From the NCBI RefSeq assembly GCF_988243305.1, contig NZ_OZ547136.1: DNA of 64,000 nucleotides; one strand, written 5' to 3'. Positions 9,701 through 19,057 of this stretch are shown in pieces; the stretch's first letter is position 1; each line of letters starts with the position of its first letter. A program made the translations under genes and the position numbers. The notes below the pieces were generated by a model. The model made no database searches and had not been told where the DNA came from. It saw only the letters and a program-made list of their open reading frames with translations.

Positions 9701-10824
9701 TATTGCATTTCCTCTTTCATTTTCAGGAACTCGGCTTCGGTTTTACCCAGCAGATGGGCGGCGGCGATATCTTCAGCCGACAGCGCAGCGGTGGCGGTCT
9801 TTTTATCCGGCACGGTTACGGTGTCGGTCTGAAGAGTGGTCAGAGCCGCAACCGGCTGGCGGGCGTCAAGCTGTGCAGAAAGTGCCGCAACACCAATCTG
9901 TTGTCCGAGTCCTTCCATGTATCCGCGTTCGCTTTTGAAAATGCGTCCTTCGGACTCGGCCTTATCCAGCAACTGCTCCAGCGTGGTGCAGCCGTGTTGT
10001 GCCGACAACGCGACATATTCGGTACGCAGGGCGTTATACGTCTCAACGGGCACGTATTTCGTCAGATCAATAGTGCCGCCAGTTGGTGTGCCTTTTGCGG
10101 TTTCCAGCTCTGCCGACAGGCTGGCAACCTGCGTTTTCAGGGTGTCGTGCGCATCCGCACGGGTTTTGAGCCCGGTAAGGGCAGACAGCGCCGCCGTGCC
10201 CAGTTCCGGTGTAAATTCGTCACCGTCGGCCACGGTCAGACCGAGCGCCGTCAGCAACTGGCGTAATTGCTCATTCATGGAGGTGTCCTTTAAAGGAGGG
10301 TTTAAGGCGTTATAAAGGTCATCCGCCGACAGTGCGGCGACAGGATTCATGCCAGTCAGACCGGGGTCACCGGTAATAGCCAGCATCCGAAGCTCAACAG
10401 GTTCACCGGTGATTTCGTCATAACCAATCACCGGGGAAAACCAGGGAAATTCGTTATTGCGCAGGTGTTCAATGGCCGGAGGGTTCCAGTCCGGACGCAC
10501 TTCAAAACCCCGCTCTTCACTGAAGCGGAAGTTTTCCGGTGAGGCCATGACAAAACCGGCAGCCGGTGCCGGATGCCCCTTAATCAGGGTCTGGTGGTTG
10601 TAGTCAATTTTTACCGGCTGATTGAGCGCCACAACCCGGGATACCATGCGCTCAACGGCCGCATGGTTAATCAGCCAGCCTTCCGCCGGTTTTTCCGGGC
10701 GACCGTCACGGGCCTTTACCCGACCGGCTGGCATGATCTGACACCAGTCACCGTCCCCGTCTGCGGACAGGCTGATGGCATTCAGAATGGCATAAGCAAG
10801 TTTGGGCGTGTTTTTCGTCTTCAT
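9700..10824 (-). CDS. head maturation protease / scaffold (Mu gpI-like)
   Basis: 374-aa ORF preceding the capsid gene, with Ala-rich coiled-coil-like C-terminal half typical of scaffold. Confidence 0.7.
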   Translation of the reverse strand: MKTKNTPKLAYAILNAISLSADGDGDWCQIMPAGRVKARDGRPEKPAEGWLINHAAVERMVSRVVALNQPVKIDYNHQTLIKGHPAPAAGFVMASPENFRFSEERGFEVRPDWNPPAIEHLRNNEFPWFSPVIGYDEITGEPVELRMLAITGDPGLTGMNPVAALSADDLYNALNPPLKDTSMNEQLRQLLTALGLTVADGDEFTPELGTAALSALTGLKTRADAHDTLKTQVASLSAELETAKGTPTGGTIDLTKYVPVETYNALRTEYVALSAQHGCTTLEQLLDKAESEGRIFKSERGYMEGLGQQIGVAALSAQLDARQPVAALTTLQTDTVTVPDKKTATAALSAEDIAAAHLLGKTEAEFLKMKEEMQ

Positions 10825-11001
10825 TCCGGCAGCATAAGCCGGTGTTTTTCGGGGCCGGTTTTGCGGGACTTCAGAAAGTGCTGACAGGGGAAAAATGAGA
10901 AAGGCGCTTCACGCAGATTTTAAAGCCCGTTAAATACAGGTTAGAAAATCACGACACGCGCCTGAAGAGGGTAAGGTAATGCGTTTGTATACCTTAAACC
11001 A

Positions 11002-11475
11002 TTACGGCGTTTCTGTGGCCTTTTTAAAGCGTTTTCTGATTTCGTCCATGATCTCCTGTTCTGCCACCTGATCAAAGCCCATATACGGACGTGCGCCAAT
11101 GGCCGCCGGTCCCGGTGGCATACCAGGCAGGCCACCCCACTGATGAATGGCCGCATAAGGTTCATTTGATCCAATCAGCGCCCAGGTATCGCCATAATCC
11201 GTGGTCAGGCGGCGGGCCAGATCGCCGTTCAGTGTCAGGATTTTGCCGGGCGTGTATCCCTTACGGGTACGCCACTTGCGGTAAGGATCTGACCAGTCAT
11301 GCCAGCGTTCGCCGTCCGGCTCTTTTTCCTGTTCAAACGCCATTTCTGACGATGACAGAAGACTCTCCGCCACACTGCGGGCCAGGTCTTTTCCGCCGCC
11401 CACAAACTGAAGCCGGGCAAACACCCGCTGGAGACGCGTAACGTCAACAACGACAGTGGCATCAATGGATGACAT
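11002..11475 (-). CDS. virion morphogenesis protein (Mu gpG-like)
   Basis: 157-aa ORF between F-like and I-like genes. Confidence 0.6.
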   Translation of the reverse strand: MSSIDATVVVDVTRLQRVFARLQFVGGGKDLARSVAESLLSSSEMAFEQEKEPDGERWHDWSDPYRKWRTRKGYTPGKILTLNGDLARRLTTDYGDTWALIGSNEPYAAIHQWGGLPGMPPGPAAIGARPYMGFDQVAEQEIMDEIRKRFKKATETP

Positions 11476-11596
11476 ATTGCCTCCGCATAAAGGATGAATA
11501 TAAAATAAACAGGCGGTCAGTGTACGCTTAACTGGTAAAGTCGGTGCCTGCCTCCGGGTGGATCATGTATGCGGGTTCGACCCCCGCCACTGACCG

Positions 11597-12928
11597 TTAA
11601 TCAATTTGTCCTTCCAGCACCTCAAGCATTCCGCCCCGGATATCCGATTTCAGCTTATCCATATTGATAACCCGGTAAGCATTCACAATCACATCCAGTT
11701 TGTCGGGCTGATGTTTCAGACTGTACGGTGCATTAACGGCAATCTGCACACTGCCATCCTTATTTTCCACGATATACATCAGATTTTTGTGCCGTTTGTC
11801 CCACAGCACCGCTTTTGGCTTTGCCAGCATTGCCGGTAAGCGCCCGAAGTCCTCTGGCATCAGGGCGATGCCGTCATTCTGATGTTTCACACTGTCTGCA
11901 TGGAGCACATTTTTACCGCTCATCGCCAGCAGGCGGGCCGGTGGCGTTCCCGTCCGGCTTTCCACTGCCTGCGCAATGCTTTCAGTCATAAAGCCCAGCG
12001 TGCGGATATCGTTACCACCTCGCCGGGTCTGCATGATGTTTTTTGCCCAGATGCGGAACGCCAGCTGCCGCTCCGGGCTGTTGTTCATCTCCTGAACCAC
12101 CATTTCCCGTAACGCCGGGCTTTTCACCTCGATCAGTTTGCGGATCAGCGCCTGGTCTGTGCCGAACGCTGCCGAGCCGGGGTTATATGACCAGCCCACA
12201 TCCGGTGTCATGGTTCTGGTGCCATCTGAATATGTGGTCACCGGCATTTCTCTGACTTCTCCGGTCTGTTTATCCACGCCAGCCTCAACATTGCGGGTGG
12301 AGAGATGATCCTCACCGGATGAAACGGATAACCCCATTGCATCCAGACGAGCCTGAGACAATGGCCGCACACGGCAGCGGCAGTTCCAGCCATTAGGTGG
12401 GTAGTGTGTTTTCCAGAACGGATCGTCATAGCGGAATACCAGACCGTTAAGGGCGGAATGCGACGGGCGGGTACGGCTGTCCATGACCGCCACATACTGC
12501 CAGAACGGATGCGTGTCCGTGTTGTTCATCATCTGCGTGTAACGCCCGGCATTGTAAGCCACACGGGTGTTCACGTTGTAAATCAGCGCCAGACGACGGG
12601 GACTGCCCAGTTGCACTTCTTCCGCGTTACCGTCGCTGTCCACCACAATCTGCTTTCCCCACCATCCCAGCTTTTGCAGGCGTGGCGTCAGCGTGCGGAT
12701 AAATGCTTTCTGTGAAATTCCCTCATCAATGGCCCGCTGCACTTCGGCCTGTAACGTGGTCACCACATCCAGGCGTGCCGCTTTTGCTGCCGTGAATGAG
12801 CGGGCATGAACATCCGCGGCTGTTTCGAACCAGTTCCAGCTGATATGCGCCCCTTTGACACGGAAGTATGCTACCGCCTCTTTTGAGGGAAGCGTGGCGG
12901 CATAACCTAAATCAATCCCCTGTGTCAT
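11597..12928 (-). CDS. head morphogenesis protein (Mu gpF/gp30-like)
   Basis: 443-aa ORF directly downstream of portal. Confidence 0.75.
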   Translation of the reverse strand: MTQGIDLGYAATLPSKEAVAYFRVKGAHISWNWFETAADVHARSFTAAKAARLDVVTTLQAEVQRAIDEGISQKAFIRTLTPRLQKLGWWGKQIVVDSDGNAEEVQLGSPRRLALIYNVNTRVAYNAGRYTQMMNNTDTHPFWQYVAVMDSRTRPSHSALNGLVFRYDDPFWKTHYPPNGWNCRCRVRPLSQARLDAMGLSVSSGEDHLSTRNVEAGVDKQTGEVREMPVTTYSDGTRTMTPDVGWSYNPGSAAFGTDQALIRKLIEVKSPALREMVVQEMNNSPERQLAFRIWAKNIMQTRRGGNDIRTLGFMTESIAQAVESRTGTPPARLLAMSGKNVLHADSVKHQNDGIALMPEDFGRLPAMLAKPKAVLWDKRHKNLMYIVENKDGSVQIAVNAPYSLKHQPDKLDVIVNAYRVINMDKLKSDIRGGMLEVLEGQID

Positions 12929-14501
12929 CCAGCATCCCCTTCATTTCCGCAGCAAACATGGCATCACTGAGCAGCGTCATCAGGCGGGAATCATCCATTT
13001 CACGATAAAGGGCAGGCAGGTCTGCCAGCGCATCCGCCAGCCCCCGCGTTCTGATGGCATCAATGACCGGCTCCAGTACCGGGTCGATGGCCTCCTGTAA
13101 GCGGCGGGCAGGCACCGCGTCCCCCATATCATCCAGTTCATCACGCGGCGTGCTTTTCGCTTCCGGCAGTCTGGCTGACAGCGCCGTCTGCTCTGTTTTT
13201 TCCTGTTTTTCCGGTGGTGTTTCCCTGTCGGTCTGAGCCGGTTCATTGCCACTCTGACGGACACGGAATATGGCTTCACCGGGCGTGGGCTGCGGAATAC
13301 CGGTCTGCTCCCGTATCCAGGGATCAGAAATATCCATCCCCGTACTGAGCTGCATCACCGCACTGGTGATTTTGGTGATATCACCTGGTTCTTTGGTCTG
13401 GAAGCAGATACGTGGCAGACGGCGGATATCAATAGTGTGCGTGGTGTTCAGGGCGTACAGCGGATACACCAGATCGCGGTTCAGGGTTGCAGCCAGCTGC
13501 CGTAAATCAGAATCCCTGATTTCCCGGCGCACCTCGTTATGCACCTCACCCAGCGAGCGCGCGCCTTTGTCTCCGGCTTCCGTGGTCAGCGTGCCGCCGA
13601 GTATTGCTTTGGAGATGGAACGCTCCCCCCACGAAATCATGGTTTCAAATGGATCGGCCTGACCGTTTGCTGCCGCCTGAAATTCCAGCGACATCCCGGC
13701 CGGGATGATCCCGCCTGTACGTCGCCCGATATCCATCACCGCCCGCATCAGGGCGCTTTTCTGCTCCGGTGTTGCCCCGGACGGGTATTTCCCGACCTTC
13801 ATCGGCAGTCCGTACACCTCCAGAAATTCGGCCAGATCGCGCACGGAATAGTTTTTGAAAATGAACGGCCAGATAAGCGTCCTGACAAGCCCCGTTGCGC
13901 CACCGTAACCGGTCCGTGAACGTGACTGATGCACTATCCAGCCAAAAGGCTGAAACGCCACCCCGGCATGGCTGCCGTCACGCAGCCGCAGTTCGCTCAA
14001 ATCATCCGGGTTAAGGCAGAAATGCCCGCTGTCACGCCAGCGGATGGCGCGGATGATGTGCATTTTACCGAGCATCCCGTGCTCAATTTCCATGCAGGAA
14101 TAGCCCTTCAGGATGGCATCCGTGGCGTCAAACAGCATGGCATCAAACCAGTCTGCGGAATGCAGATATTCGTCGAGCATTTCCGCGTCCTTTTTCTCAT
14201 TCGCGCTGGCGTTCGGTGGCGGCTCAATACTCCATGGCACCCCCTGAATGGCAAGACGTCGCTTGCCCAGCTCCGCAAAAAGGTGGGTGTCCTTTTCTTC
14301 AATATCAGCGGCCAGATCGGACTGGGCAATCAGATCGCCACGTTCAGCCCCGCGAAGGCACTGCGCCGCCCGGTTCGGGGTGATACCCGAAGCCGGATGT
14401 TCAATATAACGGCTGGCAATCTGCGGAATATCCAGCGCGGCACTCTGCATCTCCGGGTCAAAGGAGAAAGGTTTTCCGTCAGTATCAATGATGCGTCCCA
14501 C
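12912..14501 (-). CDS. portal protein (Mu gp29-like)
   Basis: 529-aa ORF directly downstream of large terminase. Confidence 0.8.
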   Translation of the reverse strand: MGRIIDTDGKPFSFDPEMQSAALDIPQIASRYIEHPASGITPNRAAQCLRGAERGDLIAQSDLAADIEEKDTHLFAELGKRRLAIQGVPWSIEPPPNASANEKKDAEMLDEYLHSADWFDAMLFDATDAILKGYSCMEIEHGMLGKMHIIRAIRWRDSGHFCLNPDDLSELRLRDGSHAGVAFQPFGWIVHQSRSRTGYGGATGLVRTLIWPFIFKNYSVRDLAEFLEVYGLPMKVGKYPSGATPEQKSALMRAVMDIGRRTGGIIPAGMSLEFQAAANGQADPFETMISWGERSISKAILGGTLTTEAGDKGARSLGEVHNEVRREIRDSDLRQLAATLNRDLVYPLYALNTTHTIDIRRLPRICFQTKEPGDITKITSAVMQLSTGMDISDPWIREQTGIPQPTPGEAIFRVRQSGNEPAQTDRETPPEKQEKTEQTALSARLPEAKSTPRDELDDMGDAVPARRLQEAIDPVLEPVIDAIRTRGLADALADLPALYREMDDSRLMTLLSDAMFAAEMKGMLDDTGD

Positions 14502-16168
14502 TACCAGCCCCCCCGATCAAATTCATGATATGCCTCATCGTCATCACGATAACCGCCCTCCATTGCCCGCGACCGCTCCGGTAGCGCCTGACAGGCTGAT
14601 TCATCCAGGATGAAGCCCTCCATGTATGACGCCCGGTTTGCCATACAGAGCGCCACGGCAAAATCACCATGGCGGCGGGCGTTCGCAGCCGTTGCGTTCT
14701 GGTCCTTCGTGCGCCCCTTGTCGATTTGCGGGATACCATTCACTACCTTCACATGGCGCAAATCATCAAGCGTGGTCTGATGGCGGGCGACGAGGATATT
14801 CTGATCTTCAAACTCGGCTTTCAGTTTTGGCATCCACTCGCCGTACCACTTCGGCGACAACATCACGCAGTCGATGATATCCGGGCCAAAGGCCAGCAGT
14901 GCGGCCTCTGCCAGATAGCCGCCGTTACCGGTGGCGTCGAACGCCGCACCGACCAGCGCCGGAACGCGGGTCAGGATGTACATCATCACCTGTTCCTGCT
15001 GGGCATACGGCAGGTTGCGCAGCTCCACGCGAAACACCTCGCGCTTTGCCAGGGATTCGGTGATTTCCAGCAGCACAAAGCAGGACAGGTCACCGGTGCG
15101 GGCAAAGTCTTCCCCGAAGCTGAAGCGGGAACGGGGATTTAATTTCTCTAAAAGCGGTTTTAAATGTTCTTCACACCAGGTTAAAACTTCCGATTCACGC
15201 AGCCATGCGGCACGGCTGATGAAGTTGTCCGGGGCTTCAAACGTCAGAATCGGGATGTCGCGGATCATCGCCATTTCAATAAGCGCGTGGGGGATATAGG
15301 CACCGCCGGATTTTTTCGGGATACAGCCGTATTCCTCGTCGGCATCCTCACGGGTCGGGGCGTTTTTGTAGAGATCATCACGCCATTTCTGCTCGCTTTC
15401 CGGTGACCATTCCTGATCGGTGACGTAACAGATACGACGGTACAGCCCGTCCGCAATGGCATCATCCAGGGTTATGCGGTGGACGCTGTAATCCTTGCGC
15501 CCCTCGCGGGCTTCCTGAATGTACTGATTAAACAGATTATCGACGCCGTTATGCGTGGAGATAATACGCACGCGCGCGCCCCACATAGTGAGCGCCATTG
15601 CCGCCTTGAGAAGCTCATCCAGTGACTCGTGGAACGCGGCTTCATCAATCACCACATCCCCCTGAAGGCCGCGCAGGTTTGACGGACGGGAAGACAATGC
15701 CTGAATTTTGAATCCACTGTTCGGAAAGCGGATCATGTAGGTCAAAATTTCTTCTTTTTTATCCCGATCCCAGAATGTCTGCTCATACACATCAGCATCT
15801 GCCAGCTGGTTAAAGGCACGGGAGAACAGCGCGCAGGCAGAAATATATTCCAGCGCCATCTCCTGCTTTGATCCCACATAAAACACATTGCGGCCACCAC
15901 GACGCTTCGGTTTTGCAGCAGTAATGACGTTACGCCCGGCTTCCGCCCAGGTAAGACCGGTGCGGCGGGATTTCTCCGCGATGCAGACCTGACTTTCATC
16001 TGCAAACCAGCGGGCCTGATAATCCAGAAACACCGGCATATCACCGGGCAAATCAAGGCTGTCCGGCACATCCACGCCCAGCAGGGCTTTTTCACCTGAC
16101 AGATCAATTTTGCGGGGAGGCGTCATTTGCATCAGTGAAGGCGACGTTTCTCTGGCTTTGTTCATCAT
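14501..16168 (-). CDS. terminase large subunit (Mu gp28-like)
   Basis: 555-aa ORF preceding portal. Confidence 0.8.
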   Translation of the reverse strand: MMNKARETSPSLMQMTPPRKIDLSGEKALLGVDVPDSLDLPGDMPVFLDYQARWFADESQVCIAEKSRRTGLTWAEAGRNVITAAKPKRRGGRNVFYVGSKQEMALEYISACALFSRAFNQLADADVYEQTFWDRDKKEEILTYMIRFPNSGFKIQALSSRPSNLRGLQGDVVIDEAAFHESLDELLKAAMALTMWGARVRIISTHNGVDNLFNQYIQEAREGRKDYSVHRITLDDAIADGLYRRICYVTDQEWSPESEQKWRDDLYKNAPTREDADEEYGCIPKKSGGAYIPHALIEMAMIRDIPILTFEAPDNFISRAAWLRESEVLTWCEEHLKPLLEKLNPRSRFSFGEDFARTGDLSCFVLLEITESLAKREVFRVELRNLPYAQQEQVMMYILTRVPALVGAAFDATGNGGYLAEAALLAFGPDIIDCVMLSPKWYGEWMPKLKAEFEDQNILVARHQTTLDDLRHVKVVNGIPQIDKGRTKDQNATAANARRHGDFAVALCMANRASYMEGFILDESACQALPERSRAMEGGYRDDDEAYHEFDRGGW

Positions 16169-16413
16169 GCTTTACCTGTCAGAATGCTTTTGATTCGGGA
16201 CTCAAGCTCTTCAGTCATCACGTCCACGCCGCTCAACTCATCAGTGGCAGCCTCTGCCAGCAGCGAATGCAGTTGTTCCAGGGATATTTCCCCGGCAATG
16301 CTGAGTTCAGTCAACTCACGACATACCTTTATGGTTTCAGGAGGTAACTGTGTTGCAAGACTGAATGCTTTCTGATGGGCACTGCTCATCAGTGAGCGGT
16401 TATCTGTTGCCAT
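16165..16413 (-). CDS. small protein whose C-terminus copies the C-terminal motif of the adjacent terminase small subunit
   Basis: 82 aa ending ...DELSGVDVMTEELESRIKSILTGKA versus upstream protein ending ...DELRGVDGMSEQIEFRIRQMLLGKA. Confidence 0.5.
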   Translation of the reverse strand: MATDNRSLMSSAHQKAFSLATQLPPETIKVCRELTELSIAGEISLEQLHSLLAEAATDELSGVDVMTEELESRIKSILTGKA

Positions 16414-16423
16414 GATTCACCTC

Positions 16424-17005
16424 CTACGCCTTACCCAGCAGCATCTGCCTGATACGGAATTCGATCTGCTCGCTCATGCCATCCACGCCGCGCAACTCAT
16501 CGGTGACCGCATTCGCCATCTCTTCAGCAAATGCGGCCCGGATTTCTTTTTCACGCTTAATGCTGCGCTCGGCGGCACTTTCTGCACGCTGTGCCGACAG
16601 GAGGATGTCCTTAATAAGGCGCATATCCACATCGCTGTCGCTGTTCAGGGATTCGGTGGCGGCACGCAGACGGCGGTACATCAGGGCACGGGACATCTCC
16701 AGAATCAGTGCCGTGGTTTCACCGGTCGGCTTATCCCCCAGTTCGGCCATCATGGCTTTTGTCTGCTCGCGTAAATCACGCAGATTACGGGCAATCAGCT
16801 CATTACGGGAGGCTTCCCGGCTGATGGCCGCCGGTGAGAGCTGCTGCTCTTCCGGCAGACCTGCTTCACGGATCAGACGGTTGATTTCCTCGCGGATCTG
16901 GACCTGCGTCAGACGTTTTTCACGCAGCATTTCCAGCAGCGGCTTACGGATGCTGTCGGGGAGCAAATCCACCTTGCGTACACGGCCACGCGTCGGCTTA
17001 TCCAT
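16424..17005 (-). CDS. terminase small subunit-like protein (Mu gp27-like)
   Basis: 193-aa ORF upstream of large terminase. Confidence 0.6.
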   Translation of the reverse strand: MDKPTRGRVRKVDLLPDSIRKPLLEMLREKRLTQVQIREEINRLIREAGLPEEQQLSPAAISREASRNELIARNLRDLREQTKAMMAELGDKPTGETTALILEMSRALMYRRLRAATESLNSDSDVDMRLIKDILLSAQRAESAAERSIKREKEIRAAFAEEMANAVTDELRGVDGMSEQIEFRIRQMLLGKA

Positions 17006-17007
17006 CG

Positions 17008-17298
17008 TTACCCCCTTGCGCGTGGTTTCTTCACACCCGGAACAGTGGCACGACCTTCCGCCACATCCTGACCCCGGCCGGTCAGTTCAGCGATGAAATA
17101 ACCGTTAACAAGCGTGCGCTTACGCACCAGTCCCTGCTCAGCAAGCCAGGCAATGTGGGTGTGAACGGTGTCGCGGGACACGCGGTGGCCGTAATCATCC
17201 AGGCAGTCCTGAAGCACGGATTCGCCCAGTTCGCCGTTGTAATCCGCCAGCGACCGCAGAATGACAAGACGCTGATCTTCAGTAATGAAATCACTCAT
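17008..17298 (-). CDS. hypothetical protein, possible winged-helix DNA binder
   Basis: 96-aa ORF tightly packed in late operon. Confidence 0.4.
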   Translation of the reverse strand: MSDFITEDQRLVILRSLADYNGELGESVLQDCLDDYGHRVSRDTVHTHIAWLAEQGLVRKRTLVNGYFIAELTGRGQDVAEGRATVPGVKKPRARG

Positions 17299-17602
17299 TG
17301 TGTTTTTTCCTTACAGCCTGCTCCAGCAGCAGTTCGTTCTGGTGGGAGACGGATTTCAGGGTGGCATTGGTGGCCTTAAGCTCACCGCGCAGGGTGGTGA
17401 TTTCGATATTGAGTCTGTTCACCTCCTGCTGCGTGGGCAGGCCGGAAATCCGGCTCTCCACCCGCTCAACCCGGTCGGAGAGTTTTTCAAAGGCCTCGCG
17501 GGGGACAAAGGTTTTGCGCATCAGCGCCATAAAGATCCCCCCGGCCGTGGCTGTTGCCGACAGGATCGGCACGACATAATCTTTAACGATGCTGACCCAC
17601 AT
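17291..17602 (-). CDS. hypothetical membrane/coiled-coil protein
   Basis: 103 aa with N-terminal hydrophobic segment followed by coiled-coil-like region. Confidence 0.45.
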   Translation of the reverse strand: MWVSIVKDYVVPILSATATAGGIFMALMRKTFVPREAFEKLSDRVERVESRISGLPTQQEVNRLNIEITTLRGELKATNATLKSVSHQNELLLEQAVRKKHNE

Positions 17603-17810
17603 GACCGGCCTCCATGATGCTCTGGCAGTTCACACAACGGATGGCATCCGGCACGGCAACCAGACGGGCGGCCGGAATGTCACCCCCGCAGTCTGCGCAT
17701 ACACGCCTGCCCGGAGTCTCCTCCACCCGGCACTTACGTGTCAGCCGGTCACAAAGGGCGCGTTCTGTTGCCCGCTCCACGACTGCCTGAGCACAATCTG
17801 AATCATCCAT
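17583..17810 (-). CDS. TraR/DksA-family C4 zinc-finger protein
   Basis: CxxC-(17)-CxxC motif (CADCGG...CVNCQ); start placed at internal Met (MDDSDCAQ) because the longer ORF overlaps the o-spanin gene. Confidence 0.6.
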   Translation of the reverse strand: MDDSDCAQAVVERATERALCDRLTRKCRVEETPGRRVCADCGGDIPAARLVAVPDAIRCVNCQSIMEAGHVGQHR

Positions 17811-17820
17811 ACCTTTTTCC

Positions 17821-18147
17821 TTACTTCGTCTTTCCTGCCGGAACAGCAGTCGTTCCGGCCATATCAGTAAATTCATGCTGTCGCTGTGCCTCCAGACGGC
17901 GGATGCTGGCCTTGTCCACGTTGCAGTTCTTAATCACCGCCAGCAGTTGCAGGTTGTAAGTGACCGATGCGCCAAACGTGAACGGCTGCGGCACAGGAGG
18001 AACCAGACAGTCAGCCAGCCATTCAGCGGGGATCGGCACCGGCTTCACCGGCACGTATTTCACAGACGGCCCGCCGCACCCGGTCAGCCACATCATCAGG
18101 CACAGGAACAGAGGCCGCAGGCACCGTTGCCAGCGACCGGCGGACAA
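17821..18147 (-). CDS. o-spanin (Rz1-like outer-membrane lipoprotein)
   Basis: Lipobox L-T-G-C after a hydrophobic stretch, proline-rich mature region; candidate TTG start; overlaps 3' end of i-spanin gene in another frame. Confidence 0.4.
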   Translation of the reverse strand: MSAGRWQRCLRPLFLCLMMWLTGCGGPSVKYVPVKPVPIPAEWLADCLVPPVPQPFTFGASVTYNLQLLAVIKNCNVDKASIRRLEAQRQHEFTDMAGTTAVPAGKTK

Positions 18148-18373
18148 TGCTCTGCTGTTCCTCGCTGTGCTGCATGTTCTGCTGTTTTTCATTCGTGGCC
18201 GCCTTACTGATTTGTGAAATGAGTTGCAGGGTACGTTGCTGGTTTGCCAGCACCAGACGGGCTTCGTCCCGTTCACGCACAAGCACATGATTATTGTCTT
18301 CAAGACGCTGTGTCTTCTGGTGCATTCCCCATACCACGGCAGCCAGCACGCTCATCACCCCCAGCGCCGCCAT
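18023..18373 (-). CDS. i-spanin (Rz-like)
   Basis: N-terminal TM segment (AALGVMSVLAAVVW) followed by Gln/Glu-rich coiled coil; start uncertain (ATG at 18373 or upstream GTG). Confidence 0.4.
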   Translation of the reverse strand: MAALGVMSVLAAVVWGMHQKTQRLEDNNHVLVRERDEARLVLANQQRTLQLISQISKAATNEKQQNMQHSEEQQSIVRRSLATVPAASVPVPDDVADRVRRAVCEIRAGEAGADPR

Positions 18374-18485
18374 ACACCCTCCGGCAATCAGGGCCGGTAA
18401 GGGATTATTCACCGCAGCCACAGCACACCCCGGAGCACCACAACGACACACAACAGCGCAATCATGAGTGGTCGCCAGAAGCGGT

Positions 18486-18986
18486 TCAGACTTTCGGCAA
18501 ATCGTAGCGACATAACCATTCATCCGCCGAACGGCGGGCCTCAAGACCGGGGAGTTTTACCCCCTTTGAATAAATCCAGCGGATATACTGCTTACAGGAC
18601 GCGGGCATCTGCCCGGCATTGATCAGGCGCAGAAGCGTGGAGTTGCGAAAGTTCGTTTCACCGGCCCAGAAGATCCACGAAGCCAGCGCCACCGTCTGAC
18701 CACGGGTAAGCGGCACCTGAACATGACGATCGATAGCCGCAAAGGCCCATTTCATGTCCTTTTCCAGCAGTTCCAGACATTCTTCATCGGTTTTTGTCAT
18801 ACCCGGTTTCACATCCGGGCCGGTATGGCCGTGGCAGATGGTGGGGGTGCCGGTGGGGTCGAGATACGTGGTGTTTTCTTTCCCTTCCCAGTAGCCGGTG
18901 TAGTGCGTGGCAATAGTGAACGTCCCGGCTCCGGCCAGAACAAGGGCAATCAGCTTTTTACGCAGTGGCGCGGGGAGTTTTGGCAT
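18486..18986 (-). CDS. endolysin, lysozyme-like with N-terminal signal-anchor-release (SAR) segment
   Basis: 166 aa; hydrophobic N-terminus LIALVLAGAGTFTIA then lysozyme-like body. Confidence 0.7.
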   Translation of the reverse strand: MPKLPAPLRKKLIALVLAGAGTFTIATHYTGYWEGKENTTYLDPTGTPTICHGHTGPDVKPGMTKTDEECLELLEKDMKWAFAAIDRHVQVPLTRGQTVALASWIFWAGETNFRNSTLLRLINAGQMPASCKQYIRWIYSKGVKLPGLEARRSADEWLCRYDLPKV

Positions 18987-19057
18987 TGTTACGCTGTCTC
19001 ATGGTGTTCTCTGAGCCAGCGTAACCGTGGGAAAAAGGGGGCAGGATTTGCGGAATA

